Positions 25,318-38,397 of a stretch of 64,000 nucleotides of DNA are shown piece by piece (the first letter of the stretch is position 1; the number at the start of each line of letters is the position of its first letter). The translations under genes were made by a program, and so were the position numbers. The stretch lies in NCBI GenBank assembly GCA_951406725.2, contig OX597822.1, forward strand, positions 68,386,001 through 68,450,000. The letters are read 5' to 3'. The notes beneath the pieces are model-generated. The model did no database searches, had not been told where the DNA came from, and saw nothing but the letters and a program-made list of their open reading frames with translations. This DNA comes from Octopus vulgaris (Eukaryota).

Positions 25318-25990
25318 GTGTGTGTGCATGTCTTTGTGTCTATATTTATTCCCCACCACTGCTTGACAACTTTTGTTAGTGTATTTACATCCCTATAATT
25401 TAGCGGTTCAGCAAAAGATACCGATAGAATATGTACCAGGCTTCACAAAAAAAAAATTAATAAAAATAAGGTAATTGTTCAGTTTAGTGATATTAAAAAA
25501 GTTAATAAAAATTAAGGGGGAGATAACTAGTAAAGGGACATACATAAGTCAACTTACTGTTAAACAACAAATACTGCAGAACAGTAACATGGTGAATTAC
25601 AATTTTCACACATGTATAAATTCATAATTAGTCAACACCGTGCCAACCACTGAAGAATCTTGTCTCATGATTCGGCTAATTGGGTGATATTCCAAGATTG
25701 ATTCACGGCTGAGGATTTCAATTTCAGGAACATTGAATTGCAGTCCTGCTGGTCTGCCATGTGCCATTCTGATAAATTCCAAACTAAATAATAACCAGTA
25801 TTTATGTCGACTTAAGTATGTCCCTTTTACCAGTTATCTCCTCCTTAATTTTTATTTACTTTTTTAATATAACTAAACTGAACAATTACCAAAACTAATA
25901 ATAAGTACTGAGAGTCGATTCATTCAACTAAAAACTCTTCAAGGCGGTGCCCCAGCTTGGCCGCAGTCTAATGACTGAAACAATTAAAAG
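25117..25990 (+). mobile_element. SINE family A interrupted by an inverted-repeat cassette
   Basis: SINE body to ~25445 resumes at ~25900 (AAGTACT...GGCGGTGCCCCAGCTTGGCCGCAG). Confidence 0.75.
25470..25890. mobile_element. Inverted-repeat insertion (~85-bp arms)
   Basis: GGTAATTGTTCAGTTTAG... (25470-25553) is the reverse complement of ...CTAAACTGAACAATTACC (25806-25890). Confidence 0.75.
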
Positions 25991-26453
25991 GCAAAAAAAT
26001 CTAACCTTCTATTAGCATTGCTTTAACTTTTATGTATTGTTAGTCATTTTGGTTGTTTCACCGATCGCATAATAAATTGTATAGTTCTATGTGGGAAATC
26101 CATTACTGTTTCATAGATATTACAGTATTTGTTGGTTGTAAATAAAACACTAAAAGATTTATTAATAATAAGACTTACTCATTAAGACAAAACAGAAGTA
26201 ATAATAATAAATGCAAGATCTTTCGAAGCGGTGCCATAACATTTTAATTGACTTCTTTGCAAAGTATTTTACTACCATGTAAATAACTGTGCTGTTGTTC
26301 ATTGAGAGGTTTTATTTGTTTGTTTGTTTATTGTTGTTGTTGCTGTAACAGTAACATATTCCATAAACAAAAGGAAAACTCAATATGTTTCACCACTTAA
26401 TCTGTTAAATAACTTTCATTTGCAATAGAGGTCAATGCTTTATCACATATGTA

Positions 26454-26666
26454 CGAGGGGGTGCTGAAAAGTTCCTGGCTTTAAAGGTATTGTGAAAGGC
26501 CTGGTTGGGGACCCAGCTTTCTGAGTTCTTTTACACGGTTTAGAAAAACTGAAGGACCGCTGCAGTAAGTGTGTGAATCTGGGAGGGGAATGTGTTGAAT
26601 AAAATAATCATAATTAACTGATCCTCCTGTATTTTCTTTTACCCAGAGCCAGGAACTTTTCAGTAC
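26454..26666 (+). mobile_element. Mariner internal-deletion derivative (MITE)
   Basis: TA-CGAGGGGGTGCTGAAAAGTTCCTGGCT ... AGCCAGGAACTTTTCAGTAC TIRs. Internal 'GLEKLKDRCSKCVNLGGECVE*' is a mariner transposase C-terminus. Confidence 0.85.
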
Positions 26667-27627
26667 ATGTATTGGGCAACATTACATAGTATTCAGTTCC
26701 CCAGAAATGGATAAGAGTTGATTGAGGGGGTTAGCAATGTCTTTTCATAAAAACTTAATTTCATCATCATCAGCAGCAGCAGCAGCAGCAACAGCATTTT
26801 AACTTTTCTTTTGCATGCTTGTATTAGTAAGATTGAATTTGTTGAGGCAGATTTTCTACAGTCAGATGCCCTTCCTTGTTTCCAGACAAGATTATTTTTC
26901 ACCATGGCCAGACATTTTTACAATTAATGACCATGGTAACTGTTTCAACTTCCACCATCACAATGGTAATGATAACCCCACTGTCTTTTATATTAACCTG
27001 GATAATTTGGGTAATTCTATCAGATCTAACAATAGTTATGACTCTCTACAGTTCTTAAATAACATTAGAAGCACTATTGACCATAAAATCTCTTAAATTA
27101 TGTAACTTTAAAAACAAACTTCTATGCCCTCTAAGTAATGTATGCCTCACAACAAATATTATCAATAGATATGACATAATAACAAACCTAAACACTTTTA
27201 CTTATATCAGTTCCACTTCTTGCAAATTCAAGCAAAGTTTATATAATCATTCATATACTTTCAATAATTGTAATAAAGCTAAGGTTACATCACTCGTGGA
27301 AAAAAAGTTTAGGAATTAAAAGACAAAAAAAAATAGATTCCAAATTACCTGGAGCATAATAAAACATGCATTACCCTATTCGGATGATGCATAAAAGTGC
27401 ACCCTTTGCTGCACTGAATTATGGAAATACTTAAATGTTCAAGTAATGTCCTTAATAAGTTTATTAACTTAATGTGAAATGTACACATTTTATTAGAAAC
27501 ACATTTTCGTATTTTAAACCAGTTACATTATAGACTTCAGATAATACGTCTTAGCTTCTATTTATCCATACTCTCCAACATAGTTAAGCATATGTGATTC
27601 ATTTCAATATTATTTGGATCTATATAT

Positions 27628-27995
27628 AGGCACAGGAGTGGCTGTGTGGTAAGTAGCTTGCTTACTCGTACCAACCACAAGTGTCCTCTACTATAGCCTC
27701 AGGCTGACCAAATCCTTGTGAGTGGATTCGGTAGACGGAAACTGAAAGAAGCCCATCGTATATATGTATATATATGTATGTGTATGTATATGTTTGTGTG
27801 TCTGCGTTTGTCCCTGCAACATCGCTTGACAACCGGTGGTGGTGTGTTTACATCCCACAACTTAGCAATTTGGCAAAAGAGACCGATAGAATAAGTACTA
27901 GGCTGACAAAGAATAAGTCCTGGGGTCGATTTGCTCAACTAAAAGTGGTGCTCCAGCATGGCTGCAGTCAAATGACTGAAACAACTAAAAGAGTA
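27628..27995 (+). mobile_element. SINE family A with internal deletion
   Basis: Similarity to 3069-3490. Confidence 0.8.
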
Positions 27996-28279
27996 TAAAG
28001 AGTATATATTATTTGAGTGATATGTTACATTATGTCATCTTAGTAACGCATTCTCATCATATTTTTTTGCAACCTCAGCATCCAATAAATGGTGAAATAT
28101 TTCATAATTTGTTGAATGTCCTCCTAACTCATTGTTATTCCTCCAGGCTTTCTTATATATCTTTCTTTATATTATATTATTTGGTTTATAACTCTATATC
28201 TTATATAAGTACATGTATGTGAGTAGGGCTGTGTGTGCATACATGGGTATGCATATGCTTATATGTGTATGTGCACACA

Positions 28280-28490
28280 TGGTGACAGAATCGTTAGCAG
28301 GCCGAGCGAAATACTTAGCGGAATTTCGTCTGCCGTTACGTTCTGAGTTAAGCATTCCACTGAGGTTAACTTTGCCTTTCATCCTTTCGGGGTTGATTAA
28401 ATAAGTACCAGTTACACACTAGGGTCGATGTATTTGACTTAATCCCTTTCTCTGTCTTTGTGTTTAGACCCCTGTGGGCAATAAAGAAAT
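28280..28490 (+). mobile_element. SINE family D
   Basis: Similarity to 11879-12110. Confidence 0.8.
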
Positions 28491-28820
28491 AAATATGTGT
28501 ATGTGCATGCACATGCATGTGCCTGTAAATGTGTATCTGTATGTATATGTGTGTGTGTGTGTATATATATACACGTAGTTATGTGTATATGTATATCTAT
28601 ATGTGCATGTATGCATGTGCAGGTATGTGTATATACGTGTATATATGTGTGTGTGTGCATGTGTGTGTGCGAATGTGTATATATATATATATGTGAGTGC
28701 ATATATATGTGTATATTTATGAATGTATGCATGCATACGTGAGTGTGTGTGTGTCTGTTTACATGTGTGTGTGTGTCTGTTTACATGTGTGTGTGTACGT
28801 GTGTGAAAACATGATGACAA

Positions 28821-29130
28821 TGTAGCGGCACAAGCAGTCAGTGCCACATTGGATGAGATCTCGCGGCAACCACTGCCATCTCCGAGACTGGAGTGAGACC
28901 TCACCTGCATCCATTTGCCATGCATGAGATCACAACGAGGCTCGCGATGGCAAACTCTATATAAGGGCAAAACAGAAACAGATTCATTCTCTCTCTCTGC
29001 TTCTACGTAGCAGCGCTTGCTGAGCATACTTCACTGGCTGGGCCTGACTGCATGTTGTACCTCCAAAGGCGATGTGCCCGCACTTATCCAGTATGTTAGT
29101 TGGAATCATCCTCATCAAGGTTTCATCACA
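28821..29130 (+). mobile_element. Possible solo LTR
   Basis: GC-rich island starting TGTAGCGG, TATATAA at ~28958, possible end ...CATCACA; no TSD found. Confidence 0.3.
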
Positions 29131-29152
29131 CCAGTTTATACCAGTTTAAAAT

Positions 29153-29234
29153 TTTATCTGAAGATGGTGGATTGTATGGTATGACTTAATCTATGAATAC
29201 ATCAATAAAATTCTACTGAAACAAGTGTCATAAA
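29153..29234 (+). ncRNA. Type-I hammerhead ribozyme motif, slightly decayed
   Basis: UUUAU-CUGAAGA (29158-29164)-U-GGUGGA...UUCUACU-GAAAC-AAGU-GUC (29227-29229)-AUAAA; perfect stem I. Confidence 0.6.
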
Positions 29235-29267
29235 TTCTTACCCCAATTGTGCTCTTTTAAGTATGTA

Positions 29268-29299
<32 letters not shown>

Positions 29300-29342
29300 C
29301 ATGCATAAAAGAACACAAATGGGGTTTTTAAACACAAATGGG

Positions 29343-29386
<44 letters not shown>

Positions 29387-29640
29387 CATGTATATATATT
29401 TATATACACACACATACATACATATAGATAGATAGATAGATAGATAGATACATGTAAGAACTTACTGTGGTTAAGGCTGCAAAGTGTTCAAATATAAATA
29501 AATAAAAGGAAAAATACACATTGTGCACAGAACATCACCACTGAGAGAAAAATATCTAAACACAAGAGGTAAGTACAGGACAAAATACCAAAAACATACA
29601 TAATATATATATATATACACACACACATATATATACACAC

Positions 29641-30740
29641 ATTTGACTGTGACCATGCTGGAGCACCACCTTTAGTCGAGCAAATCAACCCCAGGACTTA
29701 TTCTTTGTAAGCCTAGTACTTATTCTATCGGTCTCTTTTGCCGAACCACTAAGTTACGGGGACGTAACACCAGCATCGGTCGTGAAGCGATGTTGTAGGG
29801 ACAAACACAGACCCACAAACATAATATACACACACATACATATATCTATATATATAAAACTCAACTTGTGTGTCTGTGTGTGCATTTGTGTGTGTCTGTG
29901 TGTTTAACTTCCCGGCACATCTCTTCCTAGCCAACAAATCGTTGAACCACCAAAAATGGGTCACTTAGAGTTTAGGTAAATGAAAATTGAACTGCGCTAT
30001 TCCTGTTCCGAAATTCATCTTGCAAGTGCAAAAAAAAGTTTGTTTAGGCCTTATCCCATGCATTGAATAGTGAACTTTACTCAGTCAGCTGTTTGACGTG
30101 AACTGTGTTCACCACGCGTGCAAGCATGTGTAATTGCATGAAAAATAAAATATATATATATATACATAAAGCTGAAGTTGTCTGTGTGTGGCAGGTTTGA
30201 TAGCCTTTAACTAACACTATCTCCTCCAAGACCCTGCGGCGCAAGTTGACCAAAATTGAGAGTATGATAGAAGAAAGCTTGCTCATCATTCTGTAAAAGA
30301 AAAAATTCAAATCGGAGCATGTTAGGACCAAAAATTATTTACATCAAAAAGGTGCTTTTCTTCTATGGAAATCTCTATTTTTTATGATTTTTTGACTGCT
30401 GTGTTGCCATTTTTCGGTGTATTTAAACCAGTAAAATGTTCACTTAAAGAGAATAACAAGCTACATGATGCAAAATTTTTAATTTTCAAAAATTCCAATT
30501 CTAAAGAGTTGAAACAAAACCGAGCAATGCCGGGCAATACTGCTAGTATATATATATATATATATATACATATATACGACTGGCTTCTTTCAGTTTCCGT
30601 CTACCAAATCCACTCACAAGGCTTTAATCGGCCCGAGGCTATAGTAAAAGACACTTGCCCAAGGTACCACGCAGTTGGACTGAACCTGGAACCATGTGGT
30701 TTGTTAGCAAGCTACTTACCACACAGCCACTCCTACGTCT
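29641..30740 (-). mobile_element. SINE family A split by a Helitron
   Basis: 3' half at 29641-29820 and 5' half at 30575-30740. Confidence 0.8.
29845..30546 (+). mobile_element. Non-autonomous Helitron (~700 bp)
   Basis: A|TCTATATATATAAAA start; subterminal hairpin CCGAGCAATGCCGG (30520-30533); CTAG|T end; no TSD; sits in the SINE's internal TA tract. Confidence 0.75.
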
Positions 30741-30968
30741 GGACAACTGAGGGAGGGGAATATTCTTTATGTTGTATGTCTTGTTTCTCTGTTCTTTTCG
30801 TTGTTTGAAAAAAAATTTGTTTCTATGTTTTTGTTTTATGTTTTCATTTCTCATTATGTTCAACATTTTTTTGGTGTCCTGTACCCATATATGCATGTAT
30901 ATATACATATATATGTAGGTATGTACATATATGTATGTATATATGCATATATTTATTTATATATTATT

Positions 30969-31007
<39 letters not shown>

Positions 31008-31010
<3 letters not shown>

Positions 31011-31260
31011 TCATCATCATTTAGCGTTCGCTTTCCATGCTGGCATGGGTTGGACGGTTCAACTGGGGTCTGGGAAGCCAGAAGGCTGCACCAGGCCCAG
31101 TCTGAATCTGGCAATGTTTCTACGGCTGGATGCCCTTCCTAACGCCAACCACTCCACTTTTTACATGCCACCGGCACAGGTGCCAGACGAGGCTGGCAAA
31201 TGGCCACAATTGGATGGTGCTTCTTACATGCCACTGACACGGACCCAGGCGAGGGTGGCA
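31008..31260 (-). mobile_element. Family E retroposon
   Basis: Reverse complement of 36700-36885. Confidence 0.8.
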
Positions 31261-32132
31261 ATATATATATATATATATATGCATGTACGTATGCAACAGA
31301 CTTCCACATGCATTTTATCAACCAAATGCACTCACAAGGCACTGCTCAGCCTGAGACCAAGGTTATAGTAAAAGACACTTGCCCAAAGTGACATGCAGTG
31401 GGACCGAACTCAAAACCATGAAGTTGGAATGCAAACTTCTTAAGCACACAACTACGCTTGTGCCTTGTGTGTTTTCATCCAGTCCAAAATACAGTACAAA
31501 ATCTAGTGCACATTCTTCATTAAACAATGAAGCACACTTCTTCATGAATTGGACATTCTACAGAATCTCTCGTTATTGTCTAAGGCAACGGAACACAGCA
31601 CAGAGACTAACGAAGTCCACTCCTTTTACAACAGAATGCATAAGTTAAAGATTCCAATAGCTTTTTTTTGTTTTACAATTTATTTCATCATCATCATCAT
31701 CATCATCATCATTATCAATTGTATTGGTTGAAACAAAACACAATGAAAAATATTAAATAAAAATAAAAATTAAATAAGCTAAGTGAAAATCTGAATTTTC
31801 TTGGCACCCTTCCTGTTATAACACAGACTTTGGGGTTATTTTTAACCAATGCCTTTCACCAATAATTGCAGGCCCAACTAACATCAATAGCCAAAACCAT
31901 AGTCTTCTCAGACTTTATGTGTGAAATATGTTAATGAATCCACAGCAAAGAAAAAAGTTCAAGTAAAATGCAACGCAAACACACACACACACACACATGC
32001 AAATATACTCACAATACACATATCCCACACATTGGGGAGAGAGAGAGAGAGAGTGTGTGTGTGTGTGTTTTGTGTTGTGTTTAAAAATAATAGGAAGTAT
32101 TTATTTGGGAAACTTTATTTTCCTTGAACACT

Positions 32133-32188
<56 letters not shown>

Positions 32189-32219
32189 TAATAATAATAA
32201 TAATAATAATAATAACTAA

Positions 32220-32250
<31 letters not shown>

Positions 32251-32931
32251 AATAAAAATAATAATAATGATGATGATAATGATAAAAAGTGTTTTGCAGT
32301 CAATCAATTGTCACAGTTCCCATCACTGTGGTGATACTAGTGGTGGTGGCGGCAGTGGTGGTGGTGGTGGTGGTGGTAATGGTGGTGGTGGCGGCGGCGG
32401 CGGCTTGGTGTTTAGTGCTTGTCTGATACCAAGCCATCAGAGGAAATTCTGCAGAAGTGGTTCCGCTAAACAACAACAACAGCAACATCAATAAAAGGAC
32501 AAAGAAACCACTAGCGGCTAGTGGTGGTAGGAAGTGTGATGATGGCGGCGGCGGCGGCGATGGCAGCGGCGGCGGTGGTGGTGGTATTTGCGGGGTGTGA
32601 TGGTTATTAAGAGAGGAAAAGAGGCAAGGAGGGACAGTCGGAACATTATTTTTTTTTTAATTATATTTTTTTTTTCTCTTTGTTGTTGTAGATACAAATA
32701 AGGAGGAAAAGACAACTAGATGGAATGAGAAATCTGTAACACAATTTCTCCTCATTCATTCTCTTTCGCTTATTCCTCTCTCTTCTTCGTTAACCTATTT
32801 TCTTTCATCCTTTAGTATTCATTCCATATATAAAGCAGGCAGGTCTTGTTTTTTTTTTGTTTTTTTTTTGATGTTTTGGTTGTTAGTTATCGCTTTTGTA
32901 ATAGTAGTTGTTGTTAGAAATTTTTTTATAA

Positions 32932-32990
<59 letters not shown>

Positions 32991-33067
32991 TAATAATAAT
33001 GATGGTGATGATGATGATAATATTGATGATGATGATGATGATAATAATGATGATAATAATAATAATG

Positions 33068-33125
<58 letters not shown>

Positions 33126-33193
33126 TGATAATAATAACGATGGTGATGATGATGATAATATTGATGATGATGATGATGATTATAATAATGATG

Positions 33194-33253
<60 letters not shown>
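32133..33253. repeat. Low-complexity block: (TAA)n, (GGT/GGC)n and a duplicated (TAA/TGA)n mosaic
   Basis: Visible. GATGGTGATGATGATGATAATATTGATG recurs at 33001 and 33139 (138-bp period). Confidence 0.9.
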
Positions 33254-33255
<2 letters not shown>

Positions 33256-33447
33256 CAAAAATAAAGAAATACATCAGGCAGAAAATTGCCAATAATTGAT
33301 TGAGAAAACTAGACTGGTTTAAAAATATTTATATATAAACCCGTCATATATTTTGTTTTATATGATACTGTTTGAAAACAAAAAATAAAATGAAGAGAGG
33401 AAGAAAAAAATAAGGAAAGCAATAAAAAGGAAGTGTTGTTTGCTGGA

Positions 33448-33515
<68 letters not shown>

Positions 33516-33671
33516 ATACATACATACATACATACATACATACATGCATACATACATGCATGCACTGTCAGACTAAAAGGTCATAAGGTGATTTTGCCTC
33601 AACAACATTATTATCGCTATTATTACACATATTAATTAATAAGAAATAATTAGTTGGAAAAATAATAAACA

Positions 33672-33829
33672 TAGGCACAGGCATGGTTTAGCAGTAAGAA
33701 GCTTGCTTCCCAACCACATGGTTCTGGGTTTAGTCCCACTGCATGGCACTTTCGACATGTCTTCTGTTATAGCCTCAAGCCAACCAAAAATTTGTCAGTG
33801 GATATGGCAGGTGGAAACTGAAGAGAACC

Positions 33830-33835
<6 letters not shown>
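33672..33835 (+). mobile_element. SINE family A, 5' half
   Basis: Similarity to 3069-3235. Confidence 0.75.
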
Positions 33836-33874
<39 letters not shown>

Positions 33875-33885
33875 TAATATATAAT

Positions 33886-33946
<61 letters not shown>

Positions 33947-34042
33947 TATATATGTATATACAAATACTTGAAATTTACAGAAAAACAAAAGACGAAGACA
34001 GGTGTATAAACAAGTAGGTATATTAGTGTGATGTTCAGGAAG

Positions 34043-34102
<60 letters not shown>

Positions 34103-34209
34103 TATACATACATATATATATATATACATATATATATATGTATATGGGCTCCGTGTGGGCAGTCATCTAAGAGCTTTTGTTCATCTTGATGCTGACATAA
34201 GTTCCTTGT

Positions 34210-34292
34210 TTTTCCTGATGAGAAGGCGGCATAATGTACCCCTTATTCCTTCGAAATTAGGAATATGCAGCCTTCGAAACATATGTTGAGAA
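34210..34292 (+). ncRNA. Type-I hammerhead ribozyme motif, canonical core
   Basis: UUUUC-CUGAUGA (34215-34221)-GAAGGC...GCCUUC-GAAAC-AUAU-GUU (34285-34287)-GAGAA. Palindromic stem III AACAUAUGUU; in cassette 34146-34485 between TA tracts. Confidence 0.75.
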
Positions 34293-34571
34293 TAAAAGAA
34301 TTTTGTTAAATCGTCGTTCAACTCTATTCTTTCATTTATTTGTATTAAAAAAACACACAAATTTCCACACGAAAGCACGTGATCTCTGCCCTTGGCATGT
34401 AGCTTCAACCGTGTTTTTCTGACGTGAATTTGCTACCCAGGTATCGGTTAACCGAATTATCCATACTAAGATAATTCATTCAACTACTTATATATATAGA
34501 CCCCGGTCGAACCGTCCAACCCGCTAGCGCGGAAAACGGATGTTAAACGATGATGATGATGATGATGATGA

Positions 34572-34607
<36 letters not shown>

Positions 34608-34656
34608 CGATGATGATGATGATATATATATATATATATTAAACGATGATGATGAT

Positions 34657-34735
<79 letters not shown>

Positions 34736-34749
34736 TAGATATATATACT

Positions 34750-34945
34750 TGAGAAGTACATGGAACAAATAGGGGCTGCAATAAGGGTGGAGCACTTGCA
34801 GAAAATAGTACTGCTTGGAACTGCTCGAATACTCCAGATGCTGCTCGAAAAATAAGGGGTATTACCTTAGTTCACTGATAGTGAACAGCTGGTACCATAG
34901 TAAATCTCCAGCATTAGAAGCTGTACAAAGCCAATAAAATAATAA
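34750..34945 (+). mobile_element. R4/Dong-like non-LTR retrotransposon 3' end
   Basis: 'EKYMEQIGAAIRVEHLQKIVLLGTARILQMLLEK*' matches the R4/Dong C-terminal QK..LLGTARIL motif; followed by a short UTR and (AAT)n. Confidence 0.65.
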
Positions 34946-35165
34946 TGGTTTCAAATTTTTCCACAAGGGCAGCAATTTTAAGGGTGGGGTGGGGTGAGTT
35001 AATTACATTGACCCTAATCTTCAACTGCTACTTATTTTATTGACCCCAAAAGGATGAGAGGCAAAGTCGACCTTAGTGGAATTTGAACTCAGAACGTAAA
35101 GATGAGTGAAATACTGCTAAGAATTTTGCCTGGCATGCTAACAATTCTGCCAGCTCTCCACCTTA
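34945..35165 (-). mobile_element. SINE family D
   Basis: GGCAAAGTCGACCTTAGTGGAATTTGAACTCAGAACG etc. Confidence 0.75.
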
Positions 35166-35166
35166 C

Positions 35167-35213
<47 letters not shown>

Positions 35214-35226
35214 TAACAATAACAAT

Positions 35227-35261
<35 letters not shown>

Positions 35262-35365
35262 GAGCACTCAGAGAGTGCAAACCTCTCCCAAGGCAATACC
35301 AATGTCCTCTTAACAATTAGCTGGAGATGATTTTTAAAATGAGAATATCTGAAATAAACTCAAAT

Positions 35366-35860
35366 GTACATTGTTTTGTCTTGGTATAAAAGATGGGCTA
35401 CAGCAACTATTCTGCTCAATACCACAGATTTGCTTGTCAGTTGTTTGATCTTAACCAGTTGAACATGTCCCTTAGTGGCTGACAATATGTACATCTCTGG
35501 TCACAAGCAGAAGTAGTGGGGAAGCATCATTGCTGTGTGTTGAGAGGGATTCTTTGGGGTTTGAATAATTCACTTCTGGAAACGTGGGTGTTTCGTTCAA
35601 CATCCTTAAACAACCCTTATTCAGGGACCTTTTGAGCGGTATGGGTTACTCGACCAGAAGAAAATTCTAACTGGGCCCACCTGCAAGTCATGTGCTGTTT
35701 ATCATGATATGAGATCACCATGTCACGCACATATGGTTGTGATGCATGTGCCTAGTGTACCCTTATCAGACGGGTAGTCCTGATGGGTATACTGGGCTTC
35801 GTATATCTTACCCCAGTGTCACTTTGATGGCATGAACTGCTCCCTCACTCAATAATAATA
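35366..35860 (+). mobile_element. Probable 3' end of a non-LTR retroelement ending in (AAT)n
   Basis: GC-richer ~490-bp block terminating in (AAT)n; only weak peptide hints, family not resolved. Confidence 0.35.
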
Positions 35861-35861
35861 A

Positions 35862-35935
35862 TAAAAGTGGAAAGTAACTGTTATCCCAGTAGTTGTAGGG
35901 GCGCTCAGAACACTAACAACCAGGTTCAAGAGAAA
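35862..35935 (+). mobile_element. R4/Dong-like RLE endonuclease fragment
   Basis: 'WKVTVIPVVVGALRTL' matches the IPVV(I/V)GALG motif; adjacent to (TAA)n, the known Dong target. Confidence 0.5.
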
Positions 35936-36070
35936 CAAAAAGAAAAAAAATCAACAGATATTTAAATAGGAAAAAGATATTGAAATTTTCAGGAGAAAAA
36001 AAGAAATTAAATTGTCATGAAAATCGATGCTTCCTTAATATGTCTGGAAAGTTGGTCCGTTATGTCTGCA

Positions 36071-36119
<49 letters not shown>

Positions 36120-36265
36120 TTTAACATGGGCGATCCAATCTTGTGTTGCGATTCACAGTCAAACGGCTGGGTGGAATTGCGCAAAAAAATTACACAGATG
36201 TGTAGAATGATCCGATGATGATAATGATAATGATGATGATAAATGCATACATGTATGTACATACT

Positions 36266-36317
<52 letters not shown>

Positions 36318-36320
<3 letters not shown>

Positions 36321-36885
36321 TGTGCGTGAAAAGACCAGGCAGGACAAGTGAATCCAGCCCTCCCTTGGACACACAAAGACCTGTTGAGGCAAGCGAAGTC
36401 GATATCGAACCTCATCCGACGACAGGCACCTATGCTTGCAAAGACCTGTTGGGGCAAGTGAAATCGGAATCGAAATTGAACCAATCCTATGACTGGACCC
36501 CTGGACTGGAGATACGTAAAAAGCACTATCCGAATCGTGGCCGATGCCAGCGCTGCCTCGACTGGCTTCCGTGTCGGTGGCACGTAAAAAACACCATCCG
36601 AATCATGGCCGAAGCCAGTGCCGCCTCGACTGGCTTCCGTGCAGGTGGCACGTAAAATGCACCAATCCGACCATGGCCAATGCCAGCCTCGCCTGGCACC
36701 AGTGCAGGTGGCATGTAAAAAGCACCCACTACACTCACAGAGTGGTTGGCGTTAGGAAGGGCATCCAGCTGTAGAAACATTGCCAGATAAGACCAGAGCC
36801 TGGTGCAGCCTTCTGGCTTCCCAGATCCCCGGTCAAACCGTCCAACCCATGCTAGCATGGAGAACAGACGTTAAACGATGATGAT
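36318..36885 (+). mobile_element. Family E retroposon, longest copy, with ~60-bp internal tandem repeats
   Basis: Three units of ATCCGA..TGGCC.A.GCCAG...GTG..GGTGGCA.GTAAAA, then TTGGCGTTAGGAAGGGCATCCAGCTGTAGAAAC and a (GAT)n tail. Confidence 0.8.
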
Positions 36886-37113
36886 ATATATATACACATG
36901 CATATATTGGTACAGGATGTCAAAAAATGTAAACAACATGAAAAACGAGAACATGAAATACGAAAATATGGAAAACAAACTTTTTTTTGCAACCAACGAA
37001 AGAAACAAATGGAAAAATAAGACATCAAGAACAATCCCTTCATCAGTTGTCCACTGTTTTATCTACTTCACATTTCAAGCATTAGGACAATACATATTTA
37101 GAGGGAGGAAGGG

Positions 37114-37206
<93 letters not shown>

Positions 37207-37721
37207 GATAGATAGATACATACATACATACATACATACATACATACATACATACATACATACATACATACACACATACATACATACATAAAATGATGTG
37301 TAAGTAATGATCAAGAGAGGCTACCTTTAAAATATAATTAATGAAGCTATTACATAATTTCAAAGAAAAGAAAGCATATTAATTATTTGGCAGTAATGAG
37401 TGATAAATATTAGATGTGTGTATATATATATATATATATATGTGTGTATGTGTGTGTGTGTGTGTGTGTGTGTATTTATTATATTTATATACATGCATCT
37501 ATTCACACATATATACTTATTACAAAATTATTTCACACACACACATCCACGCAAACACACACACACACACACACATACATGTACATATATACATATACAC
37601 TGAAATGTGCAAAGTTTCTGTGAATCCTATAAAATGGCTTACCTCTTTTATCAAAATATGAACATGAGAAGAAACTGGACACATTTTCTAAATCATTATA
37701 ATTAAAGAAACCATTATTCTA

Positions 37722-37800
37722 TGTAGTAGTAGTGGTGGTGGTGGTGGTGGTGGTGGTGGTGGTGGTGGTGGTGGTGGTGGTGGTGGTGGTGGTTGTGGTG

Positions 37801-37868
<68 letters not shown>

Positions 37869-37895
37869 TGTAGTTGTAGTAGTTGTAGTAGTAGT
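37722..37895. repeat. (GTG)n(GTA)n microsatellite
   Basis: Directly visible. Confidence 0.95.
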
Positions 37896-38397
37896 ACAGA
37901 GTACCAAAAGACAAAAAATCACTGAAACGAAAATGTCAATTAGTGCTTTTTCCTATTTCCATTTTTAATTATGCTGGAGTGTGATTCCATTGTAAAACAT
38001 ATGCATGCACACAGACACTACACCCACATATGTAAAATATGATATACATATATGCATATATACACACACACACACACATCTCACACACACACACACACAC
38101 ACACATATATGAATATATTAATCTATATTCATATATGCTGAACTATAATAAAAGTAATTTAATATCAAATTTAATAATTACTCAATATTTTTCATAGATT
38201 ACATATTTATTATATTTTTAGAAGAAAACGAGTAACAATGATTTCAGAATTTCAGTCTGCTAACCTACAAAGATATATAAAGAGTGGCTGACCAGCCAGG
38301 TTTGTGGGTGGGCCCCCTTAATCTTCTGGCAACCTATATTTTTTTACCCAGTCCACCACTATATATATATATATATATACACATATATATGTATATA

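Noticed and set aside
36520-36725. CRISPR-like appearance of ~60-bp repeats
   Set aside because: Degenerate tandem units without unique spacers inside a retroposon; eukaryotic context and no cas genes.
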